53,081 bases of DNA from an uncultured Bacilli bacterium (GCA_944371305.1 CALVXM010000005.1:1-53081), one strand, 5' to 3'. Shown: positions 41,734 through 52,398, counted from the stretch's first letter. Notes: generated from the letters alone by a model not told the origin. Program-made: numbers and translations.

Positions 41734-42528
41734 TCAAATTGAAATTTTATCAATATAATTATTTATTTCGTCAAGTTGAAATCCTTTATTATATAACTTT
41801 GTTTTTAATTTATAAATTAAAGTTTCTCCTTGATATTTTTTACTTAAATTACGATAAATTTTATCTGCTTCTTTATTAATATCTTGATCAATATTAATAT
41901 TTTCTAATTTTTCTAAAATAAGAGTTTTATCATAGCCTAAATTAACTAACTCACTTAATATTTTATACTTTAATTTATAACCAGAATATTTAGTGTTTTT
42001 CACTCGTTTAGCAATCATTTTAGTCAATTTATCACTTATTATACCATCATCAATTTTATTTAATTCACTTAAAATAAGCTCTTCTTTTATATTGTGTTCT
42101 AATAAACTTTTATATATCTTATTAGGTCCTTCATTAGATAAATTAATTTTATCAGCAATATAAGCTTTAACAAAATTTGTATCATTAATTAAGTTTATCT
42201 GTTTTAATTTATTAATTATTTTTTCTTTATCGGCATTATTAGGGTTGTTTTTATCGATATAACTATTAATTTCTTTTTCACTTCTTAATTTTTTAGTAAT
42301 ATAATTAACTGTCTTATAATAAATATCGTAATAATTATTATCAATAGTTATCTTGTTTAGTAAATCATTATCGATTCCTTTTTTATAAAGTAAACCATAA
42401 TTAATAATAACATCATCATAAGTTTTAATTTCATCGCCATTTTCTAGTAATATTTTATACTTTTTACCAACCTTTTTAATTTTTTCTATGTTCATAATTA
42501 CACCTCTAATTATTTTTAAGTCTATCAT
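41734..42528 (-). CDS. recX: Recombination regulator RecX
   Basis: KLRSEKEI, LINDTNFVKAY, GPNKI, LYNKGF. Likely start is ATG 42495. Confidence 0.88.
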   Translation of the reverse strand: MIDLKIIRGVIMNIEKIKKVGKKYKILLENGDEIKTYDDVIINYGLLYKKGIDNDLLNKITIDNNYYDIYYKTVNYITKKLRSEKEINSYIDKNNPNNADKEKIINKLKQINLINDTNFVKAYIADKINLSNEGPNKIYKSLLEHNIKEELILSELNKIDDGIISDKLTKMIAKRVKNTKYSGYKLKYKILSELVNLGYDKTLILEKLENINIDQDINKEADKIYRNLSKKYQGETLIYKLKTKLYNKGFQLDEINNYIDKISI

Positions 42529-42681
42529 GTTAGTAACTAAATTGCAACTAAAAAATCGCGATTCTTAGATTTTATTTAAGATAATGCTATCTTATTTGAT
42601 TGTTAAAATCACTATTACATTTGTCGTTTGTATCAATTATGTGAAATCAACAAAATCAAAAAAGGAATGGTTTAAACCATT

Positions 42682-43191
42682 CTATTTTAAAGCTTCTAAT
42701 AATTCGGCTTTTTTCATTGTTGAATAACCTTCAATATTTTTTTCTTTAGCTAATTCTTTTAATTCAGCCACTGTTTTACTACTTAGATCAGTTTTTCCTT
42801 CTTTAACTGTTTTTTTTGTTTCTTTAGCTACTTTTCCATCTAAAGCATCTTTAGCTAATTTAACCAAATCTTTAAAAGCTTGTGGATTGTCAATAGCAAT
42901 TTCACTTAACATTTTACGATTAATTGTGATTTCAGCTTTATTTAATCCATTAATAAATTTTGAATAACTAATATCATTTTGTCTACAAGCAGCATTGATT
43001 CTTGTAATCCATAATTTACGGAAATCTCTTTTATTTTGTCTTCTATCTCTATAAGCATATTTACCTGAGTGCATTACTTGTTCATGAGCTGTACGATATA
43101 ATCTATGTTTACTACCAAAATATCCTTTGGCTTGCTTCATAACTTTTTTGTGTCTTGCACGATTTATTGTTCCACCTTTAACTCTTGCCAT
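42682..43191 (-). CDS. rplT: 50S ribosomal protein L20 with a C-terminal Rho-N/HeH-like extension
   Basis: MARVKGG...[23 protein letters not shown], plus extra [34 protein letters not shown]. Confidence 0.96.
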   Translation of the reverse strand: MARVKGGTINRARHKKVMKQAKGYFGSKHRLYRTAHEQVMHSGKYAYRDRRQNKRDFRKLWITRINAACRQNDISYSKFINGLNKAEITINRKMLSEIAIDNPQAFKDLVKLAKDALDGKVAKETKKTVKEGKTDLSSKTVAELKELAKEKNIEGYSTMKKAELLEALK

Positions 43192-43203
43192 ACAATTACC
43201 TCC

Positions 43204-43398
43204 TTATATTAAATCCTTAATTCTTCTATAATCACTATTACTTAAAACTGAAGCACTTCTACCAGCACGATTGCTAGCAGCATTTTTCTTTCCTGTGTTA
43301 TGTCTTGTTCCAGGATGACCAATTTTAATGCTTCCACCTGGTCTTACTTTACAAACTTTACTTGTACCTTTATGAGTTTTCATTTTTGGCATATACAA
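43204..43398 (-). CDS. rpmI: 50S ribosomal protein L35
   Basis: MPKMKTHKG, located between infC and rplT. Start is probably 43392. Confidence 0.92.
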   Translation of the reverse strand: MYMPKMKTHKGTSKVCKVRPGGSIKIGHPGTRHNTGKKNAASNRAGRSASVLSNSDYRRIKDLI

Positions 43399-43405
43399 AT
43401 TCCTC

Positions 43406-43939
43406 CTATTTTTCTTTTTTTGGTCCTAAAATCATCGACATTATACGTCCTTCTAATTTAGGTTGTTGTTCAATAATCGCTACACTTTCTTGGGCATTAG
43501 CAAAGCGAATTAAAACATCCTTACCTAATTCTGGATGAGCCATTTCTCTTCCTTTGAAACGAACAGTTGCCTTAACCTTATGTCCTTTTTCCAAATACTT
43601 CGCACTATTTTTTACTCTCGTATCAAAATCATGAACATCAATAGTTACTGACAAACGATACTCTTTCATTTCTAAATTAGCTTCACGTTGTTTCTTTAAA
43701 TTTTCTTTCGTTCTTTTTTTATTTTCATATTTGAACTTATTATAATCCATTATCTTACAAACTGGCGGATTACCATTAGGATTAATTAAAACTAAATCAA
43801 ACCCCGCATAATTAGCTAAAGTAAGTGCATCTTTAATTCCTTTTGTTCCTAATTGTTCCCCATTGGGACCAATAACCATTACCTCTTTTGCTCTAATTTG
43901 ATCATTAATCAATGATTCCTTTGATTTACTTGCGATAAT
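43406..43939 (-). CDS. infC: Translation initiation factor IF-3 (ATT start)
   Basis: INDQIRAKEV, PPVCKIMDY, FKGREMAH. GGAGGTG is followed by ATT at 43939, the known non-canonical infC start. Confidence 0.96.
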   Translation of the reverse strand: MIASKSKESLINDQIRAKEVMVIGPNGEQLGTKGIKDALTLANYAGFDLVLINPNGNPPVCKIMDYNKFKYENKKRTKENLKKQREANLEMKEYRLSVTIDVHDFDTRVKNSAKYLEKGHKVKATVRFKGREMAHPELGKDVLIRFANAQESVAIIEQQPKLEGRIMSMILGPKKEK

Positions 43940-43949
43940 TGACACCTCC

Positions 43950-44062
43950 AACAATAAAAAAGTAGATACGAAAGTATCCACCCGTAAAAGCAATCTTAAA
44001 AATGGCTTATAACCCATAGCTATGTGCTATCAGGTGGAGTGTGGATACTCGCTTTCCTTCTT
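43950..44062 (-). promoter_or_regulatory. L20 leader RNA
   Basis: Upstream of infC-rpmI-rplT. AGTATCCAC...CACCTGA...GGGTGGATACT pairing and a terminator-like GGATACT-TTC-GTATCTAC-TTTTT. Confidence 0.75.
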
Positions 44063-44287
44063 CATTTCCATTTAATTATACCATTTATTATATGTTTGTC
44101 AAGCATTTTTTATTAAAATAAACGATTTTATTTCAGTTAATAATAAATTAACAATGACTATTAGGTATTTATTTTCAAATAATTCATGACAATAGTATAG
44201 TTTTTAAAATAAATTTTAAAAACAAAGATATAAGCTTAGTCAACTCTTTAAAATGTTCATAACATAAAGTGAAAGGAGAAAAAATTT

Positions 44288-45067
44288 ATGAATGAAGAAG
44301 TCAAAGAAATTTTAAATAATGATTGTGGCAATAGTTGTTTATGTGAAGTTATTCAATGTTTAGTAGAATGTAAAGTTGGACCTACTGGAGCCACTGGGGC
44401 AACTGGGGCAACCGGTCCTCAAGGTAGAACTGGTGATTCAGGAGCTAATGGAGCTACAGGTCCTACCGGACCAACGGGACCAAGAGGAGCTACTGGACCT
44501 ACTGGACCTGCTGGAGCTACTGGAGCAACTGGACCTACCGGACCTGCTGGAGCTACTGGAGCAACCGGAGCTACTGGGGCTACTGGACCTACTGGGGCTA
44601 CTGGACCTACTGGACCTGCTGGAGCTAACTTAGATAGTTACGCTATGGTACATGATGAAACTAATTCCACTGTTCCAATGCAAAACCCTATTTTATTCCA
44701 AACAACTAACATTTCTAATAAAATTACATATAATCCTGCCACTGGTGATTTCTCAATTCCAGAACCTGGAATATATATAATTCATTGGTGGGTAAATGTT
44801 AGAAGTCACAAAAACGACGGTTTTGATTGCGAAGAGAGAGCTTTAGGAATTGAATTCCATCAATTTTGGCCTAATGACGTTTTAATTGCACACTCTTCTA
44901 CTCACAATAAACTTTCTTGTTGTGAAACAGGAACAATTAGTGGTAATGCTATTTTCGAAGCTCTTCCTGGAGCAAGCTACAGATTCATTAACACCTCTGC
45001 AGTTGATTTTGAATTAGTACCAAACGATTTATATTCTGCTTGTGTTTCTGTTACAAAAATCAATTAA
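44288..45067 (+). CDS. Collagen-like protein (BclA-like exosporium type)
   Basis: Cys-rich N-terminus, (GPT/GAT)n triple-helix region, globular C-terminal domain. Confidence 0.85.
   Translation: MNEEVKEILNNDCGNSCLCEVIQCLVECKVGPTGATGATGATGPQGRTGDSGANGATGPTGPTGPRGATGPTGPAGATGATGPTGPAGATGATGATGATGPTGATGPTGPAGANLDSYAMVHDETNSTVPMQNPILFQTTNISNKITYNPATGDFSIPEPGIYIIHWWVNVRSHKNDGFDCEERALGIEFHQFWPNDVLIAHSSTHNKLSCCETGTISGNAIFEALPGASYRFINTSAVDFELVPNDLYSACVSVTKIN
44378..44626 (+). repeat. 9 bp-period coding repeats (Gly-X-Thr)
   Basis: Tandem ggacctact/ggagctact units. Confidence 0.9.
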
Positions 45068-45092
45068 AAAAATATGGATTTTTCCATATTTT

Positions 45093-45590
45093 TTATTTGC
45101 AATATTTTTTTAAGGAAATAACCCCAGCTATAATCTCTAAAACATTACCGATAATTCCTATAAATGCTCCTATTTTAAAATTATAATAAATCCATAAAAT
45201 AGCTGCTAGAATATAAATAATTCTAGCTATTTTCAAATCTTTTTGCCAAAAAGAATAAGCATAAAGTAAAGTTATAATAACGGGAATAATGCTTAAAACA
45301 CCATCTAATGTTAAAAAACCTAAAATCAAAATTAAAAAACTAAAAATAATCAAAATAAATTCAGGCATTTCCTTTTCTTTTTTAGCAAATAAATAGTAAA
45401 CTAATAATCTAATAAAGGATAAAAAATTCATGCTAGCTGCACTAAAAGCTCCTAATAAACTGTACTCAATTCCATAAATAGCATTGGCTACGACCTGAGA
45501 TAATAAAATATCTTTCTTATTCTTTAATAAAATACTAAATACCCAAAGAATAATAGCTAAAACACCCATTATTTGCGCTAATACATACAT
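45093..45590 (-). CDS. YgjV-family inner membrane protein
   Basis: LAQIMG, YSLLGAFSAA, LWIYYN, fully hydrophobic. Confidence 0.8.
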   Translation of the reverse strand: MYVLAQIMGVLAIILWVFSILLKNKKDILLSQVVANAIYGIEYSLLGAFSAASMNFLSFIRLLVYYLFAKKEKEMPEFILIIFSFLILILGFLTLDGVLSIIPVIITLLYAYSFWQKDLKIARIIYILAAILWIYYNFKIGAFIGIIGNVLEIIAGVISLKKYCK

Positions 45591-45626
45591 AATAACAACA
45601 TCCCTATAAAAGCATTATATCATATT

Positions 45627-46709
45627 TTATCTTTGATACCTAGAAATATTTAATACAATACCAATACTACATAAAGTAATCAATAAAGATGAACCACCAT
45701 ATGATAAAAATGGTAAGGTTACACCAGTTACTGGTATTAATCCAACTACGACCATTAAATTAAGACAAGCTTGAAATCCGATTTGAAAAATAATGCCAAA
45801 CGATAAATATTTGCCAAACAAATCATCACAATTTCGTGAAACTTTAAATCCAGTATAACAGATTGTTATAAACAACATCACAATAATCGCACAACCTAAA
45901 AAGCCTAATTCTTCACTAATAATTGAAAAAATAAAATCGGTTTGAGGTTCTGGCAAAAAGAAATGTTTTTGACGCGAATTACCAATACCAAAACCAAATA
46001 ATCCTCCTGGTCCTATTGCATATAAACTTTGAATAATTTGAAAACCACTACCTAAAGGATCACTCCAAGGATTTAAAAATGATAAAATTCGACTAAGTCG
46101 ATAAGGGGCAGCTAAAATAAGTCCTACTATACCTATTACACCAACTAAACCTAATCTAATAAAATATTTAAAATTAACGCCACCGACAAATAACAACCCA
46201 ATTATTGACATAACAATAATTGTTCCTGTCCCAAAATCTGGTTGCAACATAATTAACCCAAATATTAAAATCAATAATCCTAAAATCGGTAAAATTCCTT
46301 TAAAGTTTTTAGTAGCTTTTTCATTATGAGATAAATATTTAGAAACAAAAATAATAAGTCCTAACTTAGTAAATTCACTAGGTTGAATTCCAAATGAACC
46401 TATACCGAACCAACTACGACTACCATTTCTAACTGTCCCAACCCCTGGAATTAAAACTAAAACTAACAAAATAAGACAAATTAATAAAATCAAATTAGAC
46501 TTTTTTAAGTATATTTTATAATCAATTTTGCTAATTACGATCATTAATATTAATCCAACTATAAAAAACAAGCCTTGATTTTTGACATATTTTAAAGCAT
46601 CGTTATATTTATATTCTGCCCAAATATAAGAGGATGAATAAATCATTAAAACACCAAAAATACTTATTACTATTACACTTATTAATAAAGTCCAATCAAT
46701 TTTTTTCAT
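45627..46709 (-). CDS. spoVE: SEDS family protein SpoVE/FtsW
   Basis: RNGSRSWFGIG, IQPSEFTK, QPDFGT, DPLGSGFQIIQSLYAIGPGGLFG, LPEPQTDFIF, TGVTLPFLSYGGSS. The spoVE versus ftsW assignment is by resemblance plus the sigE-like promoter. Confidence 0.8.
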   Translation of the reverse strand: MKKIDWTLLISVIVISIFGVLMIYSSSYIWAEYKYNDALKYVKNQGLFFIVGLILMIVISKIDYKIYLKKSNLILLICLILLVLVLIPGVGTVRNGSRSWFGIGSFGIQPSEFTKLGLIIFVSKYLSHNEKATKNFKGILPILGLLILIFGLIMLQPDFGTGTIIVMSIIGLLFVGGVNFKYFIRLGLVGVIGIVGLILAAPYRLSRILSFLNPWSDPLGSGFQIIQSLYAIGPGGLFGFGIGNSRQKHFFLPEPQTDFIFSIISEELGFLGCAIIVMLFITICYTGFKVSRNCDDLFGKYLSFGIIFQIGFQACLNLMVVVGLIPVTGVTLPFLSYGGSSLLITLCSIGIVLNISRYQR

Positions 46710-46724
46710 GATATCCCTCTATTA

Positions 46725-46752
46725 AATTTATGTAAAAAGGACTAATATTAGA
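46725..46752 (-). promoter_or_regulatory. SigE-like promoter for spoVE
   Basis: Minus strand TCTAAT-14 nt-CATAAATT. Confidence 0.45.
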
Positions 46753-46753
46753 A

Positions 46754-47650
46754 TTATTTTAAATTACTATTTTGATTAAAGCGATTACCAATATCTACTA
46801 ATTTAGAAGCAATATTATTTATCCTTATTTGATTAAATAAGCCTTTTGTTTTTTGTAATTGCATCATTTTATATAAAAGATTGACTAATAAATTGTAACT
46901 ATCATCACCAGCAATACTATTAAACCAATTTTCAATATCATCAATATTTCCTTCAATTCTTAAATTTTCTAAAGTTAATAAAAAAGTTTTATTATTCAAT
47001 AATTCTTGACAATAATGTTTCATCACAAAATAAGCTGGTGATATATAATTATCGTCAATACTACCACTTACTGCTTCAATTGTATTCTGAATTCTAATAT
47101 CATCAATATTTAAATCTTTTAATTGTTTAATAATATCAATAATCACTTCAGTCTGTTTACAATTAATTATTTCTTCTAAAACATAAGTATTTTCCCTCTT
47201 TAATAAATTTAAAGTTTTTTTATCATAAATTGCCTTAGTCAAACCAGTTCTTAAATAAAAAGTATTTTCTTCAAAAACTACCTCATTTTGATAAGAATTA
47301 ATAGCATGATTTAATTCATGAATTAAATTGTCGATTAAATTTAAAAACGGAATATTATTATATCTATTTAAATAAATAGCTTTTTTTGTTTTAATACCAT
47401 TTTCGAAATATGGATAACTAACATATAAAGCTTGAATTTTTGGATCTTCCTTGCCAGTTATAATAATAGGTACTTGATCCAAACACTCTAAAATAAAATG
47501 TTCTTTTTTAATACCATATTTAATTACAAAAGCTGGTACAATAACATATAATAAATGTTTAATATTGTCAGGATATTTATATTTTTTACTTATTAAATCT
47601 ATAAAAGGAATATATTTTGTGATTGCTCTTTTCATATCTTCAGTATACAT
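46754..47650 (-). CDS. Hypothetical protein with HExxH motif
   Basis: NLIHELNHAINS followed by LEEIIN. Confidence 0.7.
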   Translation of the reverse strand: MYTEDMKRAITKYIPFIDLISKKYKYPDNIKHLLYVIVPAFVIKYGIKKEHFILECLDQVPIIITGKEDPKIQALYVSYPYFENGIKTKKAIYLNRYNNIPFLNLIDNLIHELNHAINSYQNEVVFEENTFYLRTGLTKAIYDKKTLNLLKRENTYVLEEIINCKQTEVIIDIIKQLKDLNIDDIRIQNTIEAVSGSIDDNYISPAYFVMKHYCQELLNNKTFLLTLENLRIEGNIDDIENWFNSIAGDDSYNLLVNLLYKMMQLQKTKGLFNQIRINNIASKLVDIGNRFNQNSNLK

Positions 47651-47720
47651 ATTACTTCACCAATTATATTTTATCCAAAAAATAGAAAAAAAACAACTTT
47701 TTAAAAGTTGTAATTTATAA

Positions 47721-48775
47721 TTATTGCAATTCATATGGTGATTCGGCAGTACCATTTCCTCCTGTGAAAGTTAGGGCTGAAGTTCCTGACTTCAGATAGA
47801 TAACTGGACGACAGCCGTACGCAGTCTCCAAAGGGTCGCTGCCTAGGACATCATAGTAAACGTAGCGAACAAGAGACGAACTATAACGATTTCCTAACCA
47901 AAAATAATCTTTTATATCTAAATATGAATTAGTTCCACCTGCTCTTGCATATTGGTCTTCATCTAATAACCCAACCTTCCCAGTTGTTGTTATTTCATCT
48001 ACATCAGTATATATTCCTACATTAAATGTATTATCTAATATATTATTTTGAATACTACTATCTAAACTATTATAAAAATATTCATTCAACCAATTATTGA
48101 TATAACTTGTTTCGTATTCTTCTTCTGTATCCCATACTGTACTTGCTGGATGAATTGCTGTTAATGGTTGTTGAGATACAAGAAGTAAAGTATTATTTGT
48201 AGTATCTATTTTCATTACTCGCCAATGATGTCCTCCATACCATAAATGGTTATTGGTTACAACATCATTTCCACCTACATAATAATAGATATTGCTATTT
48301 GTTTTATCTTGCACTAACCCTACTGTGGCTCCTTCTTGATATTGATTTAGGAGTTTAGTAATTGATGCATCGGGATTTCTAGGACAAATTTCGTCATCAA
48401 TTCCAAAATTTCCATCACTACATAATGTAAATGTATGAGTATTACTCTTTACTTTTAATTTGGTTACTTTACCATTTTGATATTCCACTTCTAATACTTC
48501 GGCATTTCCTAAGCTTACCATTTGACTGACATCATCAATTGTTACTCCATCATCATCTGTACAATATCTGTACTTCCATCTAATTGATTTTTCATTGCTG
48601 AGGTTGCACAATAATTATTAATGCCACTTAATATCATACTTGCTTCTGATTTGCCCGCACTCTTTCTTGCATCATCAATGACATTTAAGATAATTGGTGT
48701 GGCTATCAAAGCTATTATAGCTAATATTATAATAACTGCTAATAATTCTATTAACGTAAATCATTTTTTCTTCAT
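47721..48775 (-). pseudogene. Disrupted chimeric pilin / DGR-target gene
   Basis: ATG AAG AAA AAA TGA TTT ACG TTA ATA GAA (GGA>TGA at 48761-48763 in KKGFTLIE) and a 1 bp deletion near 48563. N-half matches 1-582 and C-half matches 31824-33299. Confidence 0.85.
47802..47879 (-). repeat. VR-like segment VR3
   Basis: Same flanks as VR1/VR2 (aatcgttatagttcgtct ... cagttatc), GC-enriched divergent interior, one codon shorter than the TR. Confidence 0.75.
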
Positions 48776-49081
48776 AAACATTCTCCTCACTTCTATTATG
48801 TCTTATCTTTATATTGTCTATTCTATAATTTTATTTTAACTTATATTAGATTATAAGGCAATTATCTTTTTTAATAATATGTGACATTTTTGATGTGAGG
48901 TAATTTTTTTATTTTTAAATTAAACAAATAACAATTTAATCTATAAAGGTTTTTGCCCCCCCATGTGTGCTATTTGCTAATACGGGTGTTACCTTTTTTT
49001 CTAACATCTTACTGCACCTACTTTCTATTAATAATTATATATTATTTATCAAATTAAAACAAGATTTACTAAAAAAGAAGA
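48776..49081 (-). repeat. Conserved ~300 bp non-coding upstream region, copy 2
   Basis: Near-identical to 583-891. The C-tract is 7 long here versus 6 in copy 1. Confidence 0.95.
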
Positions 49082-49099
49082 CTATAATCTTCTAATAAC

Positions 49100-50101
49100 T
49101 TATATTAAAACACCAAAAGTTAAAGCTAATAATGAAGCAATTAAGCCGACAATCCAAAATAATTTAACAATATCACTTTCATGCCATCCTTTTTTTTCAA
49201 AGGAATGATGAATTGGTGTCATTAAAAACAATCTTTTTTTAGTAAATTTATAATATACTCTTTGAATAATACAAGTTAAAGTTTCTATCACAAAAACTAT
49301 CCCAATTAAAACTAATAGCAATTCATGTCTTGTAATTATCGCAATACTACCTAAAGTAGCTCCTAAAGCAAGACTTCCAGTATCACCCATAAATATTTTA
49401 GCTGGATTAACATTAAATACCAAAAATCCCAATAATCCACCTACTAAAGCAAAACAGAATAAAGCAATACTTTCATAACCTTCTAACCAACCAGTATTAT
49501 ATGAAATTATTCCGAATGTCAAAAAAGCGATTAAAGATAACCCACCAGCTAAACCATCCAAGCCATCAGTTAAATTAACAGCATTACTAGAGGCAACTAA
49601 AACAAATAAAATAAATAAACCATATAACCAACCAATATCTAATCTTAAATTTAAAGAATGAATCCATAACAGTGGCTCATTACCAGCTTTCATAAATAAG
49701 TAAAAAATGATAACAGCAATAAATAATTGCAATAAAAACTTTGTTGTTTCACTAAGACCCGCATTATTTCTTTTTTTTATAATTAAATAATCATCAACAA
49801 AACCAATTAAGCTATAACTAATGAAAGTAAATAATACAATTATCAAGCTATAATTTAATTTTATATAACCAAAAAGTATTAAAAGAATAATAATAATTAA
49901 AACAGGTAAGATAAAAATGATTCCTCCCATGGTAGGTGTACCATTTTTACTTTTATGAGCCTCCTTCAAATACCGATTTAAACTTTGATCTAATTTTTTC
50001 TTTCTTAAAATAGGAATTACTATAAATCCGATAATCATAGCTAAAATAAAACTAATCATTACGACAAAAGCAGATTTAGTCAATATTAACAACTTATTCA
50101 T
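49100..50101 (-). CDS. mraY: Phospho-MurNAc-pentapeptide transferase
   Basis: KNGTPTMGG, IGFVDD, NAVNLTDGLDGLA, IFMGDTGS, TPIHHSFE. Confidence 0.97.
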   Translation of the reverse strand: MNKLLILTKSAFVVMISFILAMIIGFIVIPILRKKKLDQSLNRYLKEAHKSKNGTPTMGGIIFILPVLIIIILLILFGYIKLNYSLIIVLFTFISYSLIGFVDDYLIIKKRNNAGLSETTKFLLQLFIAVIIFYLFMKAGNEPLLWIHSLNLRLDIGWLYGLFILFVLVASSNAVNLTDGLDGLAGGLSLIAFLTFGIISYNTGWLEGYESIALFCFALVGGLLGFLVFNVNPAKIFMGDTGSLALGATLGSIAIITRHELLLVLIGIVFVIETLTCIIQRVYYKFTKKRLFLMTPIHHSFEKKGWHESDIVKLFWIVGLIASLLALTFGVLI

Positions 50102-50762
50102 CTCCTAACATTAATCTAATTACTTCACCTTCAGCTATATAACTACCTTCTTTAGGTGATTGATGAATTACTTTACTACCACTACCACTGAACTCAACTT
50201 TGAAATTTTTTAAATTCTCAACAGCTTCTTTCGTATTCATACCGATAACATTACTAACTGTATAATATCTTTTATCGCCATAATTATATTCTTTAATCAT
50301 GCCATCATATCTTTCCTCTATTTTTAAAGCTGATATAGCTGAATTCATAACATTTTTAGCTATAGGTGCGGCAACTGTTCCCCCATATTGAGTAACACCT
50401 TTAGCGTTATCGATAGCGATATAAACTACAATCTCGGGATCATCAGCAGGTAAAAATCCCATAAAAGAAGTTATATAATTTCCAACCATATATTTGCCAT
50501 CTTTAACCTTTTGTGCTGTTCCAGTTTTACCTCCAACACGATAATTAGATATATAAGCATTTCTACCCGAACCGTTAGCAACGACACTTTCTAAAGCATA
50601 TCTTACTTTAACACTTGTATTTTCACTAATAACTTTTCTTACTACTTTAGGTTCATTATTAACAATAACACTGTTAGTTTCTGGTTCATTTAAACTCTTA
50701 ACAATATAAGGAGTATATAAATTCCCCCCATTTATAGCTGCACTAACAGCTGTCACTTGTTG
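50094..50762 (-). pseudogene. spoVD: 3' fragment of a SpoVD/FtsI-type penicillin-binding protein, split by an integrated element
   Basis: Begins mid-transpeptidase at QQVTAVSAAINGGNLYTPYIVK. Has KTGTAQK and one PASTA domain, but lacks the N-terminal TM and the SxxK/SxN motifs. Lies directly upstream of mraY. Confidence 0.8.
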
Positions 50763-52398
50763 TGAGGTACTCCTCTAAATGATACTTTTTGCCTAAATTA
50801 TTACTGGATGCTTTTAATATTGTTCCAGTTTTAAAAATAATATCTAATTTTATTTTTTTAGGATTATCTTCATCTTTATTAACAATTATTTTTTCTACTA
50901 AAGAATTAAATATATCACTTAAGCATAATTCATCTTCTATAGAATGCTCTAAATTTTCTCTTATACTATTTATTTCTTTTTCAATTAAATATTCATCTAA
51001 TTTATTATTTTTTAAATTATCTATTTTATCTAAATATTCATTTAACTCTAAATTTAAACTATCTACTTGTTTTTTATAATCAATATTTTCTAAGTATCCA
51101 TCCATTACAAGTTCTAATAATTTATCTTTTTTATTTTTTATGACTTCGCATTTAGATTCTAAAACCTTTATTTCATTATCACTATTTTTAGACAATAAAT
51201 AGTTTTTACACTCTTTAATAAGACTATCAAAGATTATTTTTTTATCAAGATATAGTTTAGATATAATACTTTTAAATAATTCATCTAATTCATGTTCAAA
51301 TACTCTATTATTAGTACAACCTTTTAAACTCTCTTTTCGATAAATCTGACATTCCCATACAGGATTATTTTTTCGTTTACCAGCACTATTCCTATGATAA
51401 GTTACATTATGAACACCACAATATATTTTTCCTGAATAAGTATAACGATTATGAAATATTGTTTTATCTTCTATTTTATTTAAATAACTTTTTTGTCTTT
51501 TTCTTAATTTGATATTGGCTCTTTCCCATAATTCTTCTGATACAATTGGAGGTACTTTATCATAATCTTTATAAACAACCCAATCATCTTTATCTAATTT
51601 CTTTTTCTTTTTAGTTCGATAATCTAATACTTTTGTTTTATTACCACAATAATATCCTTTGTATTTAGGATTTTCAATTATTCTAGTAATAATAGTAGTA
51701 TCTAATCTTTTACCAGTTTTTGTTTTATAGTTTAATTCATATAAATATTTAGATATTTTAGATAAGCCATCATTTGTATTTGCATATCTATCATAAATTA
51801 TTTTAATCATTTCCGCTTCTTTTTCATTAATAACTAATTTCCCATTATCTTTTTCATAACCATAAATATTAGAGCATCCTAAAACATTACCATTATCAAT
51901 ACTTCTTTTCATACCAAATGATACTCTTTCTGATAGTTTTCTTACCTCATCTTGGGCAACACTTGCCATAATAGTAAGTCTTAGTTCGGAATCTGGTAAT
52001 ATAGTATTAATATTATCATTTAAAAAATAAACACCTACACCACTAGCGAGTAATTCTTTGGTATATTTAATACTATCTAAGGTACTTCTAGAAAACCTTG
52101 ATATTTCTTTTGTTAAAATTAAATCAAACTTACCATTTTTAGCATCACTAATCATTTTTAAGAATTCTTCTCGTTTAAAAACTCCAGTACCACTAATACC
52201 TTCATCGATATATGAACCTGCAAATTCCCATTTAGGAATCTTATTTATATAATCATTAAAGAAAGTTATTTGATTTTTTAAAGAATTTATTTGTTCATCT
52301 TTTTCAGTTGATACACGAGCATAAAAACAAACTCTTAAATTTAATTCTTGAAGTGGTATTCCTTTCATTATATTATTCCTAACTGTATATAGATCCAT
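50743..52398 (-). CDS. Large serine recombinase (SpoIVCA-like/integrase)
   Basis: YARVST, DEGISGT, KEISRFSR, IYGY, NPKYKG, Zn ribbon CGVH...WEC, coiled coil. Confidence 0.95.
   Translation of the reverse strand: MDLYTVRNNIMKGIPLQELNLRVCFYARVSTEKDEQINSLKNQITFFNDYINKIPKWEFAGSYIDEGISGTGVFKREEFLKMISDAKNGKFDLILTKEISRFSRSTLDSIKYTKELLASGVGVYFLNDNINTILPDSELRLTIMASVAQDEVRKLSERVSFGMKRSIDNGNVLGCSNIYGYEKDNGKLVINEKEAEMIKIIYDRYANTNDGLSKISKYLYELNYKTKTGKRLDTTIITRIIENPKYKGYYCGNKTKVLDYRTKKKKKLDKDDWVVYKDYDKVPPIVSEELWERANIKLRKRQKSYLNKIEDKTIFHNRYTYSGKIYCGVHNVTYHRNSAGKRKNNPVWECQIYRKESLKGCTNNRVFEHELDELFKSIISKLYLDKKIIFDSLIKECKNYLLSKNSDNEIKVLESKCEVIKNKKDKLLELVMDGYLENIDYKKQVDSLNLELNEYLDKIDNLKNNKLDEYLIEKEINSIRENLEHSIEDELCLSDIFNSLVEKIIVNKDEDNPKKIKLDIIFKTGTILKASSNNLGKKYHLEEYLTTSDSC

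Noticed and set aside
43940-44017. N-terminal extension of IF-3 from ATG 44017
   Set aside because: It lies within the L20 leader. The RBS points to the ATT start at 43939.
44376-44633. Repeat array as a possible CRISPR, and the alternative-frame LDLLEL ORF
   Set aside because: 9 bp periodic collagen codons without unique spacers. The ORF is a frameshifted reading of the same repeat. No cas genes are present.
48761-48763. In-frame TGA at a conserved Gly suggesting genetic code 4 or 25
   Set aside because: Conserved genes here end correctly at TGA (murD, yabG, gatC, gatB) and Trp is encoded by TGG. The same gene also has a frameshift, so this is a nonsense mutation.
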